Assembly: GCA_963740315.1 (NCBI GenBank) | Contig: CAVUDP010000001.1 | Location: forward strand, 640,001 to 704,000 | Source of the DNA: an uncultured cyanobacterium | GTDB lineage: Bacteria; Cyanobacteriota; Cyanobacteriia; Cyanobacteriales; Nostocaceae | Direction of reading: 5' to 3' | DNA: 64,000 bases | Notes under the pieces: model-generated | Databases searched by the model: none | The model's input: the letters and a program-made list of their open reading frames with translations, nothing else | Told to the model about the DNA's origin: nothing | Translations under genes and position numbers: made by a program | Shown here: positions 11,246 through 20,392 of the stretch, piece after piece | Layout of the letters: the number at the start of each line of letters is the position of its first letter | How positions within the stretch are numbered: position 1 is the first letter of the stretch

Positions 11246-11971
11246 TTATCCTTTATTATTTAATAGTAACCATCCCTTAGTAAATCGATCGCCAACCCAT
11301 TTCAAATATTTGAAAATTAAAAGAGGAATCGCGATCGCGCTGATGCTGGCTACTATGATGAATAAAATTATAAATTTATTGGCGATCGATTGGATTAAAT
11401 TACCGATTTCTCCCGTACCGAAAACTATTTCTTGTCCATATTCCTTTACAACATCAAGATTGGGAATAATCCCGACAATTTGTTTCAATTCTGACAATAT
11501 TTCAATATCGGTTTTTAAAAAAGTTTTTAAATTATCTAGATTAACTAAAGGTATGGTAAATCCGGGAATTGTAGGCATATCAATTTTAATATTATCTATC
11601 TCTATACGAAATATTGGAGCGGAATTATCAATAATTTTTACTTTTGGCTTCAAAGGTAAATTCGCATCGGGGATTTGAATGTCAGGTATTTTAATAGATT
11701 CAGGAATACTGCTGATTTTCTGAGAAACTTGAAATAAAGTAGCTTCTAAGTTGTCAATTGGTTGAACAGAACTATTTAAGGAATTAGTAGCTTGTTCTAA
11801 AGTAGTTACCATACTAATAAAAGTACTGTTAATTCGATTTACAGAACTGTTTACTAAATGGCTGACATCAAAAAAGATACTGAAAAAAATTATTATCCAA
11901 ACAATCGGGATTAAAGCATTAATAATTATGTACAAACCTTTAAGTTTTTTTAAGATCGTGTAAATAGTCAT
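11246..11971 (-). CDS. Hypothetical two-TM protein with helical/Pro-rich hairpin (paralogue A)
   Basis: Same architecture as the downstream ORF; shares MPTIPGF, LPxKP and a terminal KGW.L motif. Confidence 0.75.
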   Translation of the reverse strand: MTIYTILKKLKGLYIIINALIPIVWIIIFFSIFFDVSHLVNSSVNRINSTFISMVTTLEQATNSLNSSVQPIDNLEATLFQVSQKISSIPESIKIPDIQIPDANLPLKPKVKIIDNSAPIFRIEIDNIKIDMPTIPGFTIPLVNLDNLKTFLKTDIEILSELKQIVGIIPNLDVVKEYGQEIVFGTGEIGNLIQSIANKFIILFIIVASISAIAIPLLIFKYLKWVGDRFTKGWLLLNNKG

Positions 11972-12239
11972 ATTACTCCCACTGTTTAAATGTTATTTAT
12001 ATTTTAGTTAGATACTCTTAACACGTAACATATAATGGTGATTAATTTCAGGCAATCAAGTAGTTTTATGTAAAGTAAAGCAATTATAATTATTTTACGG
12101 AGTGATATCAAGTTAAGATGATTACTTATATATCTAAGCTTTAATAATTTATACCCGTATATTCAAGTTTATTGATGAATAAATCGGGAATAATCAACTA
12201 ATATATTAGATTTAGAGAATTAATAATTTTGGCGGCAAA

Positions 12240-12539
12240 ATGACTTTAGAAGAATTTAAGGAATCGATAGAAACATTGGAAAAATGTCCTGCTTCCTTAC
12301 CTTTACCGTTACAAGGTTTATGGTACGACAAAAAAGTTGGTTGGGACAAAGCACATGACTTGTTAGGAGACGCTAGCGATACAGATAGTGCTTGGGTTCA
12401 CGCATACTTACACCGTAGAGAGGGTGACTCGAATAATGCGATTTACTGGTATAAGCGTAGTGGTAAACCGGAATCTCAAGAAAGTTTAGACGAAGAATGG
12501 GATCGAATAGCTTCACAATTACTCGCAAAGGTTAAATAA
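12240..12539 (+). CDS. Conserved hypothetical small protein
   Basis: WDKAH...AWVHAYLHRREGD..NA.YWY.R.G pattern typical of a widespread small helical family. Confidence 0.75.
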   Translation: MTLEEFKESIETLEKCPASLPLPLQGLWYDKKVGWDKAHDLLGDASDTDSAWVHAYLHRREGDSNNAIYWYKRSGKPESQESLDEEWDRIASQLLAKVK

Positions 12540-12541
12540 AT

Positions 12542-12910
12542 ATGGATGCGAAGGAATTACAGCAACGTTATGACGCAGGGGAAAGAGATTTCTCAGGAGT
12601 TAATTTAGCATCTGTTAAGTTGATTGGTGCTGATTTAGTTGGGATCAATTTATTTGCTGCTGATTTAACAGATGCTAATTTAGCAAAAGCCAAATTATGG
12701 GGTGCTAATTTAGGAGGTGCAAACTTAGCAAATGCTAATTTAATCCGAGCCAATTTGAGCGGTGCAAATCTTAAAGATGCCAATCTCAGAGGAGCTAAAC
12801 TTAAATATACCAAAATTTATGGAGCTAATCTTCATAGAGCTTGCTACGATGACAGCACTCGTTTTACACCAAATTTTGACCCTATTAGTAATAAGATGCA
12901 AAAGTTTTGA
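12542..12910 (+). CDS. Pentapeptide repeat protein
   Basis: Y.AGERDF start and A(D/N)LXX repeats. Confidence 0.9.
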   Translation: MDAKELQQRYDAGERDFSGVNLASVKLIGADLVGINLFAADLTDANLAKAKLWGANLGGANLANANLIRANLSGANLKDANLRGAKLKYTKIYGANLHRACYDDSTRFTPNFDPISNKMQKF

Positions 12911-12950
12911 AAATTTGAACAATTAAAATAAGAATAAAAAGAAAATCTTT

Positions 12951-13787
12951 TTAATCATCTTTAATAACCCACTGCACGGGGTCTAATTTATAATAATTTT
13001 GCAATAATTCATAAAGTGCTGAATGCTTTTTTTGTAACTGCTGCGGCTTTTCAAAAAACGTTTCGGTTGCTACTGAGAAAAATTCAGCGGGATGAGTTGC
13101 ACCATAACTATACATTACGGATTTTCTTTTTTGTTCCACATCATTACATAATTGCTTATACTCTTGTGTCATCACTTTAGACCAGTTTGAATAATCAGAA
13201 TTTTGTTGTAAAATCGGCACACCCTCAGCTTTTCCGTCTTCTTGATCTAATTGATGGGCAAATTCATGTAATACAACGTTTTGTCCATCTTTCCAATTAG
13301 AAGTATCTTGTTTCACCTGTTGCCAAGACAATATTAATTGGTCTTTACTCCAAGATTCTCCTAATCTGACAACGGGCTTTTCTTCAACTACATAGTTTCC
13401 CCTAACGGTAGTTTCTTTTGCAAAATAAGCTGTGGGATAAATTAAAATAGAACGCAATTTAGGAAAGTATTTTCCTCGCTCGTTGAGTATAAGCAAACAA
13501 GCAACAGCAGCAATAATAACTTTCATTTCTTCTGTTACCTGTAACCCGTTGCAACCGATAAATTGTTTTTCCGCTAAGAACACTTGAACGTGTCCCTGAA
13601 GTCGTCGTCTTTCGGTGGGGGAAAGATAAGGGTAAATCGGAAGATTATTCTCAATGATGGAATTCCATAGTGGTGGAAATGGACGGCGTTTTACACGGTT
13701 TCTTTGTTGTTTGATTAAAGTGGGGCTGAGTAAGATTGCGATGATGATGATTATGATTATGAGTAAAAATATGATTGCTTGGAGCAT
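12951..13787 (-). CDS. Zinc metallopeptidase, M90/MtfA family
   Basis: NVVLHEFAHQLD zinc motif, YGATHPAEFFSVATETFFE, LGESW. Confidence 0.9.
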   Translation of the reverse strand: MLQAIIFLLIIIIIIIAILLSPTLIKQQRNRVKRRPFPPLWNSIIENNLPIYPYLSPTERRRLQGHVQVFLAEKQFIGCNGLQVTEEMKVIIAAVACLLILNERGKYFPKLRSILIYPTAYFAKETTVRGNYVVEEKPVVRLGESWSKDQLILSWQQVKQDTSNWKDGQNVVLHEFAHQLDQEDGKAEGVPILQQNSDYSNWSKVMTQEYKQLCNDVEQKRKSVMYSYGATHPAEFFSVATETFFEKPQQLQKKHSALYELLQNYYKLDPVQWVIKDD

Positions 13788-14048
13788 TTTATAAGTAAGG
13801 TGGATAACGGTAGTAATTGGATAATAAGATATCTATTTTTACCGTAACTCACCCGAATATAAGATGGTGTGAAGAAATGCAAAACGCCCGCAGGAACCTG
13901 CGTGGGCTAATTAAGTTATCAATATAGATACGAATAGAACCTTAATTTATACAGAAAACTACTTATTCACAATCTCAGTAAATACTCGGCGCGTATATCT
14001 TGCAAACTAGGCTAAATTATAATCTAGTCGCGAATAATTTTAATATAA

Positions 14049-14933
14049 ATGATTTTTTTAAATAATAAATTTTCTAAGTATTTCCGTATCAAAGAATTAT
14101 GTATTGTTTGTTTTGTAATGCTTAGTGGCTGTACTTTTGCTAATTCAGCCGATACCCCGTCTAAACCTGAATCTCCTTCTTCACAGTCATTAGATTTTAA
14201 GACTATTAAAAATCGGGATAATCAAAAAGATGTGTTAGAAGAATGGATGCAGGAATGGAGTGTGAGAAAAAAAGGTAAATGGGGAGTTGAAAATATATCT
14301 TTAGTTAAAGATTCGAGCGATAAATTTGGTCAAGTATTGCGAGTGCGTTATCCTGCTGGTTCTGTAAGTCCAAGTGTTTCGAGAAAAAATAATGTTTCGA
14401 TTGGGGGCGCTCAATTTTTTGCCGATTTGGGGATGTCTCCAAATTCTTTACGCTTAAGTTATTACCTCCGTTTCTCGGAAAATTTCGATTTTGTTAAAGG
14501 CGGAAAATTACCTGGTTTATTTGGAGGTACAGAGGTTAGTGGGGGTGAAAAACCCGATGGTACTAACGGCTTTTCTACACGTTTTATGTGGCGAAAAAAT
14601 GGCGATGGTGAACTTTACGCTTATCTCCCCAGCAGTAAGAAATATGGTACTTCTATTGGTAGGGGAAATTGGCAATTTGTTCCCGGTAAATGGCATCATT
14701 TAGAACAGGAAGTAAAGTTAAATCAGCCTGGTAGTAATAATGGTCAAGTCACGGTTTGGTTAGATGGTAAAAAAGTTTTAGACGAACGCGAAATAACTTT
14801 TCGTACTACTGACGCTTTGAAGATTGAAGGAATATTTTTCTCTACTTTTTTTGGTGGAGGTGATGCTTCTTGGGCTACTCCTAAAGATGTATTTGTAGAC
14901 TTTGCAAAATTTTCGGTTAATGAAGTTAATTGA
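14049..14933 (+). CDS. Polysaccharide lyase, PL14-like (alginate/glucuronan lyase), putative lipoprotein
   Basis: FDFVKGGKLPGL.GG, GFSTRFMWR, ELYAY and IFFSTFFGG motifs; LSGC lipobox. Confidence 0.8.
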   Translation: MIFLNNKFSKYFRIKELCIVCFVMLSGCTFANSADTPSKPESPSSQSLDFKTIKNRDNQKDVLEEWMQEWSVRKKGKWGVENISLVKDSSDKFGQVLRVRYPAGSVSPSVSRKNNVSIGGAQFFADLGMSPNSLRLSYYLRFSENFDFVKGGKLPGLFGGTEVSGGEKPDGTNGFSTRFMWRKNGDGELYAYLPSSKKYGTSIGRGNWQFVPGKWHHLEQEVKLNQPGSNNGQVTVWLDGKKVLDEREITFRTTDALKIEGIFFSTFFGGGDASWATPKDVFVDFAKFSVNEVN

Positions 14934-14971
14934 CCAAAAAATTAGGGAGTAGCGAGTCTAATTGGGTATTT

Positions 14972-15397
14972 TACCTGGCGACTAGAAGTCGCGGCTACAC
15001 AAGCGAAACCCGCCTGCGCGGGTTATGAATTAAATAGTCCATGTCGCCTTTGTAGTAGCACTTAGTGCCGGATACTTTTAAAACATCCTCTAAAAAGAGA
15101 CAAGCTATAGCAATCCTAAATGATTTATAAGAAATTGATAAATCAACTGGCGCTTTATTACCGCTACTACACAAACGAAGTCCCTTCGGGTAAGGCTAAC
15201 GCCTCGCTTCGCTAACGCTAGTTTTGGGGACGGAAACCGACACCCCTTTCCTTGACTCACCACCTACGTGGACTCAATCAAATAACCCGCGCAGGCGGGT
15301 TTTGCCTGTGTAGACGCGACTTCTAGTCGCCAGGTATGATTATTATTTCAATCCTACATCTATGTGTTTTCTCACGTTCAAATTCGGATTGCTATAT
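14972..15397. mobile_element. Cluster of interleaved MITE/REP-like elements
   Basis: ~55-bp inverted repeats at 14972-15026 and 15282-15336; a second imperfect IR pair TATAGCAATCC (~15106) / GGATTGCTATA (~15397); internal 24-nt SDR-like unit at 15192-15215. Confidence 0.7.
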
Positions 15398-15418
15398 ATA
15401 ATCCAAAATCGAATCGCA

Positions 15419-17476
15419 TTATAAATGAGTGATGTATTCCATTTTTACTTCTTGAGTTTGACGCATAATCACCGAGCGATCGCCATTTAATCCAAAATCA
15501 AGATTATTCAGTTTTGCTTGCTCTACTTTTTCTAAAACAATACCTTTAATAGTCTTTTTGTCTTCTTGAGCAGATAAATCCACCAGTGTAAATTCACCCA
15601 AACGGATATTTTTGATAATATTTTCTGTCGTCGGACGAACCAAAATTGCGGCTTCTCCAATTTGAGAATTAAAGTTAGCTTGCAAGATGGTTCTTCCTAT
15701 ACCTTGTCCTTTAATAACTGTGTTGCTGCGGTTGATTTCCAACGGTTTGGATAAGTCTATTTCGCCAATTGGTAAATTAATTTGAATTTTGCCATCAGTT
15801 GGTAAACCGTTGATGATAGCTTGGAGTGAAGCCGAATCATCTTTTCCATCGCTAGGAAAAACATCTTTATCAATGGCTTGAATAATTTGCACGGGAGGGG
15901 ATAATGCATAAACCTGCTTGTTCCACAACAGTCCGGCTATATCTTCTACCGGATTAATTATATTTGCTAACGATAATAAAATAATTACAAAACCGATCGT
16001 TTGGGTGACAATCAGAAACTGGGAAGTACCAACTTTAGTCAACCGCACCCATCCGGTACCTTCAGCTGAAATGCTTTGATTGCCGCGATTTTTCCATTTT
16101 TGTTGAGCAAGATTCATCTGCGTCCAAATTTTGACAAGTGAAGCAGCCCATTGAGATATGATAAAAATCGGCAGATGAATTGGTTTTAGATGAGACTTGC
16201 GACCTGAAAAGATAATAATCAACAATAAAGGACGAGTAAATAAAATCCAACTGCTAATTAATGCTATACCCAACCACTGCCTTTGAAGTAGAGTTATTAA
16301 TAATAGACTAGGGGTAAGTAAAGTAGTCCAATAGCTAATCCTTTGGTCAATTAAACACCACCACATAAACCAGCCGTTTTTCCCCGGACCAAGCGCGATC
16401 GCTCTATCGCTATTTCGCAGCATATTACCATACCAGCGCCGCATATTTTGATAGGCTCGGTCTGCTAAAGAACCAGAAATTGTTTCAATTGAATAAACAA
16501 TTACGTCTGGGACATAAATCATGTCATAGCCGTGTTTGAGCAGCCAAAACCAGGTACTTTTGTCGTCTCCCGAAAGAAATTTGAACTGTCCCCAAAGCCA
16601 ATCATCTAAGGTATCTGTTTCCAGTTGATCTGCAAATGACGGTGAGAGAGCGCATCGACCGCGAAACAGTGAAAACCGACCAGTTAAACACATTACCTTC
16701 CGTGACAGCGATACCGAACACATTTGATAATGTCTTTGCGATAAGCGTAAGTGAAACCACTCAGAAAATAGATAAGAACCTTCAACAACTGGTAATTCAT
16801 CTGTAGTTAGTGCTGCCATTTTAGGAAACATCCGAAAAAAGGGTAAGCACTTATGTAAAGTCCCCGGTGTAATCTCCGAATCTCCATCCATCAAAGCAAC
16901 GACGGTATCATCAGGTAAATTATGACGAGCTAGTTCTCGTAAAGCATCCGCCATCGCTTTGCGCTTACCTTCACCAGTCTGCACCATCTGAATTAAGCGA
17001 ATTGAACTTAAATCCGGATCTACCGATTCTAAAGCTAATTTAACAGCAGCATTTTCTTCATCGCTAGAAGCAGTCACAAGCAAAGTGATGGGATGAGCCA
17101 GAGTTTTTGCTTCCTTGGCGATCGCTTCAAATACCCGCTGAGTAATCCAGGGTTTCTCCTTATAAGTTGGAACTAAAAAGCACATTGGCGGCAAATCTTC
17201 TAGGGGAATTTTATTAGCTCGTTTCCGCCACCGGGGAAATACCAAAAACAGAAAAATTCGCGATCGCAATACTTGCAACCCCCACCAAGACCAGCGCCAG
17301 GTGCCGATAATCCCCATAGTTGCTAAACCAGATAAGCGGATTGCAGCTAATTCATGTGGATTGCGAAACCAGTGTAACCCAATGAACCCCAGGGCAACAA
17401 TAAATACAACCCCCAACCAGTTCAAGTAAGGTAAAAGCGTTTTTCCCTTGAGATGCTTCGGAGAATTATTAATCAT
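15419..17476 (-). CDS. Alg8-like GT2 polysaccharide synthase with C-terminal beta-helix (pectate-lyase-3-like) extension
   Basis: FLVPTYKE, GKRKAM, MDGDS, CLTGRFSLFR, FLSGDDKSTW and MRRWYGNMLR motifs resemble Alg8; C-terminal DGKDDSASLQA...INLPIGEIDLSKPLEI...IKGQG.G.TIL. Confidence 0.8.
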   Translation of the reverse strand: MINNSPKHLKGKTLLPYLNWLGVVFIVALGFIGLHWFRNPHELAAIRLSGLATMGIIGTWRWSWWGLQVLRSRIFLFLVFPRWRKRANKIPLEDLPPMCFLVPTYKEKPWITQRVFEAIAKEAKTLAHPITLLVTASSDEENAAVKLALESVDPDLSSIRLIQMVQTGEGKRKAMADALRELARHNLPDDTVVALMDGDSEITPGTLHKCLPFFRMFPKMAALTTDELPVVEGSYLFSEWFHLRLSQRHYQMCSVSLSRKVMCLTGRFSLFRGRCALSPSFADQLETDTLDDWLWGQFKFLSGDDKSTWFWLLKHGYDMIYVPDVIVYSIETISGSLADRAYQNMRRWYGNMLRNSDRAIALGPGKNGWFMWWCLIDQRISYWTTLLTPSLLLITLLQRQWLGIALISSWILFTRPLLLIIIFSGRKSHLKPIHLPIFIISQWAASLVKIWTQMNLAQQKWKNRGNQSISAEGTGWVRLTKVGTSQFLIVTQTIGFVIILLSLANIINPVEDIAGLLWNKQVYALSPPVQIIQAIDKDVFPSDGKDDSASLQAIINGLPTDGKIQINLPIGEIDLSKPLEINRSNTVIKGQGIGRTILQANFNSQIGEAAILVRPTTENIIKNIRLGEFTLVDLSAQEDKKTIKGIVLEKVEQAKLNNLDFGLNGDRSVIMRQTQEVKMEYITHL

Positions 17477-17505
17477 AATTTAAACCTAAATTTCTTATAG
17501 ACAAT

Positions 17506-18906
17506 TTATTTCTGACTAAATGTCACCTGTGCCGATTGTCCGATACCGCAGAATCTCTGCGACTGTGTATGAAGATTTGTTTGGGGAATTTTTACCGTTA
17601 CCCGCATTAAAGATTGTCCGACTAAATTCGGTGGAATTACAGAAGAAAGAGCCTTAATGTCCACACCTTGAGACTGTTGATTAATACTTTGAACGCTGCC
17701 AAGGGGCTGGATAATATCAATTTCGCCGGAAAAGGTTTGCTTTGTACTAGATAATTTAACTTTAGCTGCTTTATTTGTATCGATACGAATAGCATCATCA
17801 GCCTTCATTACTGTTTCCACCCACAAATCGTTGCAGTTGAGTAGAGTTAAAATTGGTTGTAAATTGCTTACCTGTTCGCCCTGCTCGCTGTGTGTAGTGT
17901 AAACAACACCACCGAAGGGTGCTTGCACTGTTTGAGGTTGGGAATTGGACTGTATTTTTTGAGGTATCGTTACGGGAGCAACGCGATTTTTTGAGAGAGT
18001 TAAACTTTGATTGAGTTGCAGCTTGCTACTACTGACTTTAGCCCCTAAAGTATTCACCATCATTTGTTGCTCTTGAATTGCTTGTTGCAACTTCAATCGC
18101 TGTTGGGAAAGACTATTATCAAGATTGTTTTGATTGCTTAAAGCAACGCCTCTTTTAGCACCATCTAACGCCGTTTGAGCGGAACGTAGAGCAGCTTGTG
18201 CTTGGTTTACTTGTGCATCAGCTGCTTGTGAAGCAAACCGCAAGTTTTCTACTTTTTGTTGAGATACTGCACCCTGTACTTGCAATTTTTGGAACCTTTG
18301 GTAATCCAAACGAGCTGCTGTAGCTTCGGCTAGAGCTGATTTAACAGCAGCTTGTTTTTGACTGACTGTTTCGATTGCAAGCTTCACATCTACTGCTTGT
18401 ACCGCTTGATATTGATTTTCTAGCGTTTTTAATTGCTTTTTCAGAAAATCCAAAGACTGTCTTGCTGCGATTAACTCAGCCTGATTGGATTGTACTTCCC
18501 CAGCTAATTGCTCCCGTGCCAGTTTCCTTTGGATTTGTTCATCTTCTGCTCGTGCTAACTGCAAACCAAATTGTTTTTCCTGATATTGTTCTTGAGGAAC
18601 CACCTCCGGATTAATACGGGCTAATACCTGTCCAGATTTTACTTTGATGCCCGGTTTAGCATAAAAAGCCTTGAGATTGCCATTCTTCGGAGCGGTTAAT
18701 CGAACAGTTCTGCCGTTAACTACCCCACCATCCACAACTATATGTGTCAGACGGTAGTTAATTGATGCCATACCTACAGTTGTTGCCGTTACCCCTAGTC
18801 CAACAAAAATTGTTCCTAATAATAAACGTTTCCATTTAAATGATTTTTTCTCAACATCAGGAGATGGTATCCATACTTCTGATTTTTCATTAGGTAAATT
18901 AACCAT
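17506..18906 (-). CDS. HlyD-family periplasmic adaptor / Alg44-like co-polymerase (no PilZ seen)
   Basis: Single TM; lipoyl half-motifs LTAPKNG...VKSGQVLA and VQAPFGGVV; long coiled coil. Confidence 0.75.
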   Translation of the reverse strand: MVNLPNEKSEVWIPSPDVEKKSFKWKRLLLGTIFVGLGVTATTVGMASINYRLTHIVVDGGVVNGRTVRLTAPKNGNLKAFYAKPGIKVKSGQVLARINPEVVPQEQYQEKQFGLQLARAEDEQIQRKLAREQLAGEVQSNQAELIAARQSLDFLKKQLKTLENQYQAVQAVDVKLAIETVSQKQAAVKSALAEATAARLDYQRFQKLQVQGAVSQQKVENLRFASQAADAQVNQAQAALRSAQTALDGAKRGVALSNQNNLDNSLSQQRLKLQQAIQEQQMMVNTLGAKVSSSKLQLNQSLTLSKNRVAPVTIPQKIQSNSQPQTVQAPFGGVVYTTHSEQGEQVSNLQPILTLLNCNDLWVETVMKADDAIRIDTNKAAKVKLSSTKQTFSGEIDIIQPLGSVQSINQQSQGVDIKALSSVIPPNLVGQSLMRVTVKIPQTNLHTQSQRFCGIGQSAQVTFSQK

Positions 18907-19540
18907 GTTTATTATCGTTGTTTATTTTAATATCTAGATCGTATTTTATTTTTCAGTAGAATAACGTAGTTTTTTGTAAAGTTTAGAAAAATACTTTGTT
19001 AAATATCTAGTAATTAATTAGACTTTTAATGTTGATGTATATCTACTAAGATTATAGTTATTAAAATCCTTATGTCTAAAGAGCAGCTTGCATACTTTAA
19101 GGTTATAAGGTTTGTCAAGATGAATTTAGAGTTATTTTACTCGCAAAGCTGTTTTGCTTATTTTAGATAGATTGCAATTAATATTTGATTTTTTATAAAG
19201 TCAGATTAAATAGGAATAATTGAGTTTTTAAGATTACTAAGGAAGCGTTTTATATAGAATAGATAATTGTGTTTGTTTTTAGGTACAAATATAGTTATGT
19301 TTAAATAGCCGATTGTCCTTTCTTATAAAAAAATATCTCTCGTTCAATCTTCTATCTGTGCCAGTAAACTTTAAGAGGATACGCGGGAAAGTTATAAATA
19401 AAACTTAGAGATTTTAAGATCCCCCTAAATTCCCTGATTAATTCAGAGACTTAAACCCCCCTTTTATAAGGGGGGAAGGGGGGATCATCCGAGAATTGCG
19501 TTAAAAACGATACTTTTTAAATTCTCTAAATATGTGCTTG

Positions 19541-19672
19541 CAGTCGTCGGTGTTGAATAGGAGAAAGATGATTATTTTAATGATGGAATTCCGAAGTGGT
19601 GGAAATAGATGATGTTTTAAACGTTTCGTTTTAGTTTAATTAGAGTGGGGTTGGGTAAGATTGCGATCGCGA
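19541..19672 (-). pseudogene. Degenerate duplicate of the 5' part of the M90 peptidase gene
   Basis: Aligns by eye with 13600-13742, e.g. AATGATGGAATTCC.AGTGGTGGAAAT and AGTGGGG.TG.GTAAGATTGCGAT. Confidence 0.8.
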
Positions 19673-19927
19673 TTAATAACGAGATTCTTCCTTATAAGCA
19701 GCAAATTCAGCGTCTAAAGATTCTTTATTAGCGTAATAATGCGCCAAAGCACTGTATATTCCTGCTAATGTCAGATATGGCTTATCTTCAAGAATTTCTT
19801 CCGGTGTAATACCAGCTTTTATTTCCGTAACAATATATTGAACTGTAATACGACTTCCAGCAATACGCGCACGCCCACCACAAGTTCCCGGTGTCCGAAC
19901 AATCAGCGTTCCAATGTCACTTTTCAT
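19673..19927 (-). CDS. DUF433 family protein (TA-associated antitoxin), possibly C-terminally clipped
   Basis: IVRTPGTCGGRARIAGSRITV...G.TPEEI...LTLA.IYSALAHYYAN. Confidence 0.85.
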   Translation of the reverse strand: MKSDIGTLIVRTPGTCGGRARIAGSRITVQYIVTEIKAGITPEEILEDKPYLTLAGIYSALAHYYANKESLDAEFAAYKEESRY

Positions 19928-19964
19928 GATTTAATTCCTTTTCTAAATCCCAAAAAAGCAGCTA

Positions 19965-20387
19965 TCACTGAGTCCAATCTTCCAAAGATAAATTAGGTAC
20001 TTTACCAAAGTCTTTATAATTGCGTGTAACAACAATTGACTCATTTGCTATAGCTATCGAAGCAATTCTTAAGTCTTGGGTGCCTATTTTTATTTTCTGC
20101 TGGCGCAAATTTTGATAACAATCATACGCTGCATCATCAAAATCTAACAAATTTACGTTGCAGAAGTAAACTAAAGTATTTCGCAGGTTTTTATAGGCAA
20201 TAGCGAGTTTTTCAGGCTGAGTAGCAACTCTGCTGATAGCGGCAAGTCTACCTCGAAATTGTTCTTCAAGGGTGACAGTTGTAACAGATATATTAGAACC
20301 ACCTACTGTTTTGGCACGCTGTACAATTTTAGGATGATTATGTTGAAACAAAGTTACATGGTCGGTATCAAGAATATATTGACTCAC
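19965..20387 (-). CDS. vapC: PIN-domain ribonuclease toxin (VapC family)
   Basis: YILDTD, TLEE, DLRIASIA and VVTRN.KDF..VPNL.LEDW; conserved acidic PIN residues present. Confidence 0.9.
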   Translation of the reverse strand: MSQYILDTDHVTLFQHNHPKIVQRAKTVGGSNISVTTVTLEEQFRGRLAAISRVATQPEKLAIAYKNLRNTLVYFCNVNLLDFDDAAYDCYQNLRQQKIKIGTQDLRIASIAIANESIVVTRNYKDFGKVPNLSLEDWTQ

Positions 20388-20392
20388 GCTGA

